Below are positions 1 through 12,000 of a stretch of DNA of 64,000 nt, in pieces. Source of the stretch: Verrucomicrobiota bacterium (lineage in GTDB: Bacteria > Verrucomicrobiota > Verrucomicrobiia > Opitutales > Seribacteraceae); NCBI GenBank assembly GCA_027622665.1, contig JAQBYT010000019.1, positions 1 through 64,000 on the forward strand. Direction: 5' to 3'. The position numbers and the translations under genes are program-made. Under the pieces are notes generated by a model. The model ran no database searches, was not told the origin of the DNA, and saw only the letters and a program-made list of their open reading frames with translations. Every line of letters begins with the position of its first letter. Within the stretch, counting starts at the first letter, position 1.

Positions 1-1
1 C

Positions 2-3000
2 GCGGACGTTTCGGGAACTGCCGCAACACCCTCGACCTTTACCTACGCCCCGAACGCGGACTTCAATGGAAGCGACAGCTTTGTTGTTCAGGTTACGGAC
101 GGTGCATCCCTTACGGATACGATCACAGTGAACGTAACTGTAAGCGGAGTAAGCGACGCTCCCGTAATCACCCAGGGAGCAGGGCCCTTGGTCGTGACAA
201 TGTCCGAGGACGGTTCACCTACGGCTTGGTCGGTTCCCACGCTTGGCGCGACAGATGCGGAAACCGCTGACAGTGCATTGGTTTGGAGCGTTTCATCTGC
301 GGCAACCAGCGGCACTGCAACCGTATCCGGAACTGCCGCCGCACCCACGACTTTCACCTATGCCCCGAACGCCGACTTCAATGGTAGTGATAGCTTCGTG
401 GTTCAGGTTACGGACGGTGCATCCCTTACTGACACGATCACGGTTAGCGTAACGGTAAGCGGAGTTAACGATGTTCCTGTTTTTATTAGTACTGCGATTG
501 ACTCGGCATTTGCTGATTCGGTTTACACTTACAATATCCGAGCAAATGATACTGATGGTAATGCCACTCTTATCATCTCTGCATCGGGTAATCCAGGTTG
601 GGCCAATTTTACTTATTCCGGTTCCGGCATTGCCACATTGACCGGAACTCCCTCTGATTCTGATGTTGGTTCCTCCAATATTTCACTACGAGCTACCGAT
701 TCGAATAGTGCTGCCGATCAGAACTTCACACTAGTGGTGGCACCATCGAACTATTTTCCCGTCATCAAAGTCGACAACATCTACCAAAACTCGACTACCG
801 TGACGATGTGGGAAGACAACGCCAGTTCGTTCTCTTTGACTGACTTAACTGCGAGCGACTCAGACGATTCCAATGCCACTCTGGTTTGGTCTGTAGACAC
901 GAACGCCTCCAATGGGACGGCAATCGTGGCAGGAGTTGGAACAACGCCGAGCACTGTCACTTTTACGCCTGACCCTGATTTCAACGGTACCGATTTCTTC
1001 GTCCTAAAGGTGACGGATACCCGAGGTGGTTTTGATACTCTCACCGTGGATCTCAACGTGACAGGCGTGGGAGACTCCCCTGTGATCACGCAGGGAGCGG
1101 GTCCTTTGAGCGTGACGATGTCCGAGGACGGATCTCCCACCGCGTGGGTGGCACCCACGTTAGGGGCGACAGATGTGGACACGGTCGACAGTACCTTGGT
1201 TTGGAGCGTCTCATCGGCGGCATCTAACGGAACTGCGACCGTGACTGGTACCGCCGCGGCGCCCTCGACCTTCACTTACGATCCGAACGCCGACTTCAAT
1301 GGGAGCGATAGTTTTGTGGTGCAGGTCTCCGACGGGGCCCTTACGGATACGATCACGGTGAACGTAACGGTTACCGCGGTGAATGACGCTCCTGTGATCA
1401 CGCAGGGAGCCGGTCCCTTGTCTGTGACTATGTCGGAAGACGGTTCTCCCACCGCGTGGGTGGCACCCACGTTAGGGGCGACAGATGTGGAAACCGCAGA
1501 CAGCGCCTTGATCTGGAGCGTATCTTCTGCAGCGACCAATGGCACGGCGACAGTTACGGGAACTGCAGCTGCTCCCACGACTTTTACATATGCTCCCAAC
1601 CTGGATTTCAACGGAAGCGACAGTTTCGTGGTGCAAGTTTCAGATGGCGACTTGAACGACACGATCACGGTGAACGTGACTGTCAGCGGAGTGAGCGACG
1701 CCCCCGTGATCACTCAGGGAGCGGGTCCTTTGAGCGTGACGATGTCCGAGGACGGTTCACCGACCGGTTGGTCCGCCCCCACGATTGGGGCGACAGACGC
1801 CGAAACAGCGGACAGTTCCTTGGAATGGAGCGTGTCATCCCCTGCATCTAACGGAACTGCGACCGTGACTGGTACCGCCGCGGCGCCCTCGACCTTCACT
1901 TACGCTCCGAACGCCGACTTCAATGGGAGCGATAGTTTTGAAGTGCAGGTGAGCGATGGCAACGAGACTGTCACGATAACGGTGAACGTTACTGTGACCG
2001 GTGTGGATGATCCACCGGTTTTCACAAGTACCGAAGTGACTTCCACTTGGGTGGGTGAGAGCTATGTCTACAATGTGCGTGCCAGTGATCCGGATGGAAA
2101 TGCAACGCTTACGCTTACCGCCCAGGACAAGCCTGCTTGGTTGGCCACCTTTACTGACCAAGATTCGGGGATGGCGTTGCTGTCCGGTACGCCGGAGGTA
2201 GAAGACATTGGGGAGCATAACGTATCTTTGCGGGCTACGGATACCAATGGCACTTATGCCGACCAGAACTTCACCCTTGTGGTCACGCCTGCCAATTATC
2301 CACCGGTAATCGAGGTCAATGGCACCGAAGTGAGCTCAATGCTCGTAAGCATGCAGGAAGATAATGCTAGCACCTTCTCGTTGACGGACTTAAATGCAAG
2401 CGACCAAGACGATTCCAACGCGACCCTCGTTTGGTCGGTACAAACGATTGCCTTCAATGGAACGGCAACTGTGGATGGAACGGGGCCCAATCCGACTTCC
2501 ATTACCTATGTTCCCGAAGGCAACTTCAGTGGTTCCGATGTCTTCGTCATCAAGGTGACGGACGCCAAGGGCGGAATAGATACGATAGAGGTCAACGTGA
2601 CGGTGAATGGGGTGAACGACTTACCCGTTCTTTCCGTGTCGGAAGACATCAACGTCACTATGGACGAGGGAGGTTATCCCATAGCATGGGTTTCCCCGGA
2701 GTTGAACGCGACCGACGTCGACGTCGGCGACGTCCTGACTTGGTCGGCGTTTTACGTGATACCTGCCGATGGCAACGGCACGCTTACCGTTTCGGGAACG
2801 GGTTCAAGCCCTTCGGTTTTTTCCTATTCCCCGAATTTGGACTTCAATGGAACCGACGTATTCTACGTTAGGGTTTCGGATGGCATCGAGAACATTGACA
2901 CAAAAGTAACGGTTACCGTCATTGGGAATGAAGAGGGGAGCACGGTTTATTCGCTGACGGCGCCGGTGACCTATACGATAGACAGGACCTCTCTTGATTT

Positions 3001-6000
3001 TCTGGTGACGGGAGGGGTGCACCTCGCGTCTCCTAGTCCGCGTTTAGCCCTATTTACGGACAACGTTTACGTTTTCGAGAACAATTCCACGAGCGGCGGT
3101 CCCCTTTACTTGGGAACCTCCCCGGGGACGCCTTACATCGGTGGAGAAGTTTGGGGTAATGGCGCTAGAGGGGAAGATGAATATCTCGTATTCCGACCTA
3201 CCTCGGTTTCGCCACCCCTCCTTTATTATTACGACGGAGATGATCCCAATAACATCTTCGCTCCAATCGAAGTGAGGCAATATCAAACGAGTGACGTCTT
3301 CGCAGAGGATCCTCTTCCCGACAATGCTTTTGGCGGAGCCGTTTCCGTATTGGGTGACCGTGCCATACTCGGAGCCACGGGGGTAAGTGACAATACGGGC
3401 GCGGTCTATCTCTATGATCGCGACTCCAATGGAACTTTGGTTCAATCCTCCAAGGTTACTCCGGTCGACCTCAATTCAAATAGCTTGTTTGGCGGTAGCG
3501 TAGCTCTTGGAGATGACTTTTTAGTTGCAGGAGCTCCGAACGACTTGGGCGCGGCAGGCAGTGCCTATGTTTATAATCTGGAAGCGAATGGTTCGTGGAT
3601 GCAGAGTCAGAAACTTCTTTTAACTACACCCGTCACTTTGCTTGATGCATTCGGTCAAGCGGTCGCCGTTTCAGGAGACGCCTTAGTCGTGACAGCTACG
3701 CAACCTGGCCAACTGGGCAACGAAGGCAATGGTTCCGCCTATGTTTTTCGTCTCACGAATGGAAACTGGATCTCTGATGGTAACCTAACCGCTTCCGATG
3801 GGAATTCGAGCGACCAGTTCGGGTATTCCGTGGACCTGGATGTAAACCTTACCGTTGTGGGGGCTAACAAAGCGGATGCAACCGGCTCCGATAGTGGCAC
3901 TGCTTATGTCTTTCATTATGAAGCAAACGGATCTTGGTCTCAGGAGCAGAAGTTGTCGCCATTGGTTCATACCACAGGAGATGAGTTCGGAACTTCCGTA
4001 TCTATTTTGGGTTCGGTCGCTCTCGTCGGTGCAATCAATGCCGACGGCAATGGAACCGATTCGGGAGCCGCCTATGTATTTCGGCGAGATTTCAGTGGGG
4101 GTTGGACTCAGGAAGCACTACTAGCTCCGCCTGTTGAGGGGATCGTAGGTTTTGGTTCTTCCGTCGCATTGTCCGGGAATTACGCCCTCGTCGATTCTCG
4201 TGACAAGAATGTGACGAGCGAACCCGCTTCCGCTTACCTGTATCGGAATGAAGTGAACTCGACCACTTGGACATTCGTCTCGACGCTGGGACGCGCCCAG
4301 GGGGTTGCGCTAGCAACTCAAGGTACGACCGTCGCTATGAGCGGGGATATGATCCTCGCCGGTAGCCCGGGCGACGATCGCAACGGTTCGGATGCGGGTT
4401 CGGCGACGTTTTTCACGAATCCGGGATGGGGTGATTTTACTTATCCGATGCTGGCGCCTATCATCACCCAAGGAACGAATCTCTCCGTTTCCATGAACGA
4501 GGATGGTGCATGGCCTGTTCCCGAATTGAATGCTTCCGACCCCTTTGGTGACACGCTTGTTTGGAGTGTGGATGCGAATGCTACCCACGGTCTTGCCACA
4601 GTTTCGGGCACGGGAGATTCACCATCGACCTTTAGTTACGTCCCGGAGGGGAATTATAGTGGAACCGACACTTTTGTGGTGCAGGTTTCGGACGGAGTTT
4701 TGAGCGATTTAATCACTGTGGACGTGAACGTGACAGCCCAGCCGGATTTCCCCGTGTTTGTGTCAATCGCGGTGGAGGATGTAGTCGAGAAAAGTCCTTA
4801 TTCCTACAATGTGGTTACCTTGGATCAAGATCCCGGGGCCACGCTTTCCATTACTGCAGTGGGGTCGCTGCCCGCTTGGATGACTGGAATCACTGACCAA
4901 GGTGATGGAACAGCCACACTGTCCGGTCTTCCGACCGTTGGTGATGGAAATGATACCTATCCAGTGACACTTAGGGTGACAGACGATACCAATCGCTCAA
5001 CCGATCAGAATCTAGACATTCGGGTGGCCTTTATCAACTATGCTCCGATCATCACTGTCGGCGGCAACGAGGGAAGCGAGATAACTGCAACAGTAGATGA
5101 GGACGATGGGAGTTCGTTTGTTCTATCATTAAACGTATCCGCCACAGACGGCACTCCTCCTTCAGTCAACTTGAGCTGGAGCGTAGATGCGAACGAAACC
5201 AATGGGACGGCGTTAGTCACCGGCAATGGTTCCATACCCACGGTTACTTATACTCCGTTTCCTGATTTCAACGGACCGGACAGTTTTTCCATGGTGGTTT
5301 CCGATGGAGAATTCAACGATACGATTACCGTGAACGTGACCGTGCAGGCGATTAACGATCCCCCGATCTTCACGAGTTCCCCTTCTGTTACCAACGTTAA
5401 CGAATCCACGACCTACACTTATTCCGTACAAGTGTCGGATGTCGACGGCGATGACATTACCATTGCCGCGACGGGCTTGCCTAGTTGGTTGGCCTTTAAT
5501 GATTTTGGTGATGGAACGGCAACCCTTTCCGGTACGCCCGAGTGGTATAATTACGCCTCATTCGCGGTATTCTTGATTGCAACCGATTCCAGTGGTAGTA
5601 TCGCCGTTCAGGATTTCGTCGTTTCCGTCATTCCCGACAACTATCCACCGGTCATTACGCAAGGGGCCGAACTGAGTGCAGTCATTATGGACGAGGACGG
5701 TTCTCCCGCCCCTTGGGTTGTGCCTACGATTACAGCGACTGATAGCGATACGAATGTCTCGAAGCTGGTTTGGACTATAAAGCAACAAGCCATTCACGGG
5801 ACTGCCGTCGTAGGGGGTACGGGTGGGTCGCCTTCTACCTTTACCTATGCTCCCGATGGCAATTTTAGTGGACAGGACAGTTTCGTCGTCAGTGTGCATG
5901 ACGTCGACGACTCAAACGCTTCCGACGAAATTATCGTGCCTGTGACCGTTAATCCGCGGGACGACCCACCTGTCTTTACGAGTACCGCTCCGGCTTTCGG

Positions 6001-9000
6001 GCTCAAAGATAGCCTCTATACTTATACCGTTCAGGCAAGTGATCCCGATGGATTGTCAGGTCTGCAAGTTACGGGTTCTTTTCCTAGTTGGCTTTTCTTG
6101 GCGGACTACGGAGAGGGCAACGCCACTTTGTCGGGCACTCATTTTAGCGCGGATGATAATGTAACTGTTACCCTCCAAGTGACAGATCCCACAGGTTTGA
6201 TCGATACCCAGACTTTTAGCATCAACGTGATTGGGGAGAATTCACCGCCCGTGGTGACTCAAGGTTCCGCTGTGGATGTCTTGATGGACGAGGATGGCAG
6301 TCCCACTGCATGGCAACCACCAGTCCTCACTGCGACTGATGCCGATGGACATCCCCTTCACTGGAGTCTCTCTGAAGCCCCGAGCCACGGGAGCGCTACG
6401 GTTTCCGGTACCGGATCAAGTCCGCCGACCTTCAACTACGTTCCTGATGGTAATTACTCCGGCACGGATAGTTTCGTCGTTCAGGTAACGGATTCAATCG
6501 CGACCGTGAAAGTAACGGTTCAAGTAACGATCGAACCGCAACCCGATGCCCCCGTCTTCGTCTCTACGCCTGACTTATCGGTAGTGGATGGCGAAATCTA
6601 TACTTACGAACTCAACGCGACCGATGCCGATGGTGATGTCAACTTTACCTTTATTCCCTCAAGTTTGCCTGCCTGGTTGAGCTTGGTCGAAGAGAACGGG
6701 AAGAGCATCTTGACTGGTGTTCCATCCGTCGGTGACGAAGGATTCAATTCGGTACAGGTTGCGGTCAAGGATGACTCTAATCTTAGCACGGTACAGGCTT
6801 TCGAGGTCGAGGTGGATGTGTTGAATTATCCGCCCTCGATTACCGTGAATGGCCAAGATCAGAACTCTATTACGGTTACCATTGATGAGGACGCAAACGA
6901 GTCGATTTGGAGTTTGCTGGCACCCGAATTGAATGCCACGGATCAAGAAACCAATGCCCTTGCTTGGAGTATTAGTTCCTTTTCCATCCATGGGACCGTA
7001 ACCATCACCGGAACTGGAAATGCTCCCGGTAGTCTGGTTTACATACCCGAAGCAAACTTCTTTGGGAGTGATCAATTTATCGTTCGTGTCACTGACCTTG
7101 GAGCCAACGAAAAACCCGCAAAGTTTGATGAGATCACAATAAACGTTACCGTTCAGCCTCTGGCGGACGATCCTTCCTTCTTCAGCACGGCAATCACGGA
7201 AATTACTGACGAAGAGGATTACGTTTACAACATTTCCACCACGGATCCCGACGGGAATGACACGCTTACTTTATCCTACAACGGAACACTACCCGGTTGG
7301 TTGACCGATTTTCGCGATGAGGGCAATGGCACGGCGGTCTTGCGTGGTCGAGCGGCAGTGGGGGATGAGGAGGCATCCTCCGGCAATCCATACTCGATAT
7401 CGCTCGCGGTGACCGATGATAGTAATGTGTCCGTTGATCAAAACTTTACTATCAACGTCACGATTCAGAACTATCCGCCAGTTATTGCAAACGCTCCCTT
7501 TTCCGTAACGATGAGCGAGGACGGCAACTCGACTGCTTGGGAATTCCCTCTAGTGACAGCAATGGACCCCGATCCTGAGGTTTTGGGGGCGATTGAGCTT
7601 ACTTGGTCACTCGTGGCTCAATCTGCCCACGGTATTGCCGAAGTCAGTGGGACGGGAACGACTCTTGGCGATGGAAACGATACTTTCACTTACGTACCTG
7701 ACGAAAACTATTTCGGCACGGACAGTTTTATCGTTCGTGTTTCGGATGGACATCGATTTGCAGATACGAATGTTTCCGTTACGGTATCTCCTCGACCCGA
7801 TCCACCTGCTTTTGTCTCCGTACCAGTTGCTTATGCTCGTGCCGGCCAAGAATATCGGTACGATGTCTCTGTTGTGGATCCTGACGGCGGCAATCTTTCT
7901 TTGCGAGTCTTTGGTAAGCCGGACTGGATGCATCTTGTGGAGACGAACTCTTCCGACGGTCATGCTTCCATCTTCGGAACACCATTGGAAAATATAGTCG
8001 GCAGGTTCTACCCCATTAGTCTTGTTGCCATTGATCCCACGGGTCGTCTTGCTTTTCAATCCTTCACGCTTGAAGTTGGTCCAGGGAACGTTCCCCCTGT
8101 TATTGCCCAAGGCGAGCAACTTTCCGGCAGCATTTATGAGGACAATGCCAGTTCGTGGTCTCCCCCCGATTTGAATGCGAGCAATTCCGATGGCGATACG
8201 CTGGTGTGGAACCTTGTACAAGGACCCAGTCACGGAACCGCCACTGTCGAAGGTAATGGATCGAAACCCACCACCTTCGATTACATTGCCGATGCAAACT
8301 ATTCGGGTCCCGACAGTTTCGTGATCCGAGTCTGGGATGGATACGCTGAATTTAATGCGACGGTTACCGTTACCGTATATCCCGTTAATGACCCACCCGA
8401 ATTGTATGGAACTCCTGTTCTTTCGGCTGTGGAAGGTAAGCTTTATTCGTTCGATCTCAATGCAACTGATATCGATGGAGACGCATTGACTTTCACCTTC
8501 ACGGGGTCGCCTTCTTGGCTAGCTTTCCAATACTTGGGCGGTGGACTCGTTCGAGTTTCGGGAATTCCGCCCATCGGAAGTCGTGGCGAGAGTAACATGA
8601 CCTTTACTGCCACGGACGAAGGGAATGCCACTGCCGAAATATCTTTCGATCTTGCGGTGTCGGATGGTTTGCCCCCCGTGATCACTCTCTTGGGTGACTC
8701 TCTTCTCCAGTTGCCGGTAGGGGAGGATTTCATTGAACCCGGTTACGTCGGTTCTGACGATTCGGATGGGGATATTACAGATTCGGTGGTGATCTCAAGT
8801 ACCGTCAATCCCGATATTCCGGGAACATATGCGATTACTTATTCTTTGTCGGACATGGCGGGCAACGATGCCGCTCCACTCACTAGGGTTGTATATGTTT
8901 CCGATCCTTCGGTATATCCGGTAGCACTCTGGGCGAAGAGCGTATCCGTCAATGCTGAAATACACAACATTGCACTGGGTTCTGACGACTCGGTGTTTTC

Positions 9001-12000
9001 CGTCGGTTCTTTCTCCGATTCGCTTCAATTGGGGCAAGCGACAATTCATTCGCAAGGGCTCTCCGATATTTTCCTTAGCCGTCGATCATCCGATGGTTCA
9101 CCCCTTTGGATCATTGGTTTCGGAGGGATTGATTCCGACAATGGAACCGACGTCGTGATCGGTCTCGATGATACTGCCTATGTTACGGGGTCGTTTCGAG
9201 GAGTGATCTCTTTTGGTGAACATTCTTTGATATCCGAGGGAGGCAGTGATGCTTTCCTTTTAAAGGTGGATTTTCAAGGTTCGGTTATCTGGGCGAAGAG
9301 TCTTGGAGGCCCCGGCGATGATAACGGTCTTTCACTTTCGGTATCTTCAGACGGTTCTGTCCTTTGGACTGGTTTTCATTCTTCCAACTCGACGGCCGAT
9401 TCCACGGCATTGAAGGATTTTGGCGGTTTGGATACCTTTCTGGCCAAGGTGGGTGTTGACGGCTCTTATACTTGGGTTCGATCCGTGGGTGGACCAGGGG
9501 ATGATTCCGGCGAAGGCGTGGTGGTTGATCCTGCCGGAGGTTCTTACGTGGTAGGCAATGTCTCCAACCAGTCCCCCAGTGACGTTTTTCTCCTTCGCTA
9601 TAATGCAGACGGTTATCTGGTATGGGCCAGAAAAGTGGGGGGAGCATCCTCCGATACGGCAACGTCTATAGTGGCTGATTCTTCCGGTGTGTACATTGCG
9701 GGTAGCTTCGAAGGAATGGCGACTTTCGAAGATGCCTCCATCACTTCCGCAGGTCTTTCGGATGCCTATCTTGCCAAATATTCGCCTAGCGGCTCTTTGG
9801 TCTGGGTTGAACGTTTTGGTGGGACTGGAGCAGACGACAGCGACCAAATTGACCTAGATCCTTTCGGCAATCCCTGTTTACTAGGTTCATTCGAGGGTTC
9901 AATGTCTTTTGGCGATCAAGTTCTTGTTTCGGAAGGTAGTCGTGACCTTTTCCTTGCCAAGACTGCCGCCACTTCCGGAAAACTGATATGGTCTCGCAGT
10001 ATAGGGGGGGGAACTCTCGATTCGGCTCACGGATTATCCAGTGGCAGCGACGGTTCCCTCTACTTGGCTTCCCACTATCTTGGGAGTTCTCTGACGATAG
10101 ATACCCATGTGCTGTCGACAACCGGATCCCACGGTTTTTCAGTTCTAAAATTGGGTGCTCCTCATGGATTGCCAAATTCGTCTTTACCGGAAATCGGTAC
10201 CCTAGTTACGGGGCAATCATTTGGCTTCGACATGAATGCTACAAGTAATTCCGGGATTCTACCTCGTTTTCAGTTTATTTCCGGTCCGAGTTGGATGAAT
10301 TTGCAAGACCGTGGAAATGGTTCAGCACTTCTTGCAGGGATTCCTCCTGCAGGATCGTCGGGAAGTTATAACGCGAAAATACGCACTACGGATATGCAGG
10401 GTGGTACGGTCGACAAATCTCTTGAGTTTGATGTGTTTAAGAGTTTGTCGGAACCGAATGGTTTTGGAGATGAACCTGAAACCTTATGGATGCAACCGGG
10501 ACAAGGCGGAGAGTTCGCCAATGGCGTGGCGGCATCCGGGGATGGCGGTTTCTTCGTTGTTGGAGCATTCACTGGTTCCACTCAAATAGGAGGAGCAATT
10601 CTTACCGCGGAGGGACGGACGGATTCCTTCGTTGCCAAGTTTGATTCTGCCGGGAAACTGGAATGGGCCGATCGCTTTGGAGGTCTTGATCAAGACTACG
10701 CTTACGCCGTGGACGTTGACCTAAATGGTGTTGCCTACGTTGCGGGATATTTTATGGGAACCGCTACTTTTGGATCTCATGTCCTTACCAGTAGCGGTGG
10801 ATACGACATATATTTGTTGCGAATCGAACCCGACGGTCAAGTCACTTGGGCCTTGAGCTTTGGTGGAAGTTCCGAGGATTACGGCAAGGCTGTTCACGCT
10901 GCCCCGAACGGCTCGGTTTATCTCGCCGGCCATTTTTCCGATTTTGCGACATTCGGAAATTCTTTTTTGAATTCGAATGGCGGCGAGGATGGTTTCGTGG
11001 CCAAGATCAATGGATCGAACGGGACTCTCGAATGGGTCAAAAACATGGGAGGACAAAATAGTGACAGAGCTCTTGATTTATCCGAAGACGGAAAAAACGG
11101 TGTTGCCGTCGCCGGACGCTTTGAAAGCGTGGCCACTTTTGGCGGGCACTCGGTTACCAGTTTAGGTTTCGGTGATGCCTTTCTCGCCCATTATGATGCT
11201 TCGGGTTCATGCCTTTTCGCCGTTCGAGCAGGAGGGGTTGGTGAAGATGAAGGTCGAGCCGTTGTTCGCTCTTCGACAGGATCGTATCTCTTTGGCGGCA
11301 ATTTCCGAAACTCTTCTACCTTTGGAGGTCATGCAATAGTTTCTCGTGGCGGTAGTGATGCCTTTCTTGCATGGATTACTCCTGATGGGTCCTTTACTTC
11401 GGTAACCTCTCTGGGCGGTGTCTGGTCGGATGAAGTTACTGACCTAGCCCTTGACGTTTCCGGTAAACCAATAGTCGCCGGTTCCTTTCGTGGGTCCGTG
11501 GTCTTTGGGTCGAATACCTTTTCTTCTCGTGGAGATAGCGATGTATTCATTGCCAAACTGAGTGATACCAATAGTTCTGTTATGTGGGTCAAAACAGGAG
11601 GTGGCGTGGGTGCGGATGCTGCTCGAGCCGTTGCCGTCGATAGCTTGTTCGATAGGATTTGTCTGGCCGGATACGTCTCGCCGGACGCCACTTTTGACAA
11701 CCGTGCTGCAAGTCCTGATACTACCAGACGTTCCCTCCTTATTGCGGACCTTGGGTATCCATCTGTTGACGACACTAGATTTCGTTCCTATCCCCTTAGG
11801 TTCGCCACCGGGGGCGCTTTGTATCGCTATGATTTTGAAAGTGGTCCTTGGGGGACTGGCGTACCTGCTGTCTCTGCCATTCAATTGCCACCATGGTTAT
11901 CTCTACAAGACCACGGGGAAGGCAATGGCAGTATTTCGGGTGTCGTTCCTTCCGACGCTAATGGTACTTACTCCATTACACTCGTTGCATCCGATGAATC

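Noticed and set aside
1082..2010. CRISPR-like array (also considered for 61780-62770)
   Set aside because: Units are 312 and 294 bp, in frame and protein coding, with no short repeat-spacer structure and no cas genes
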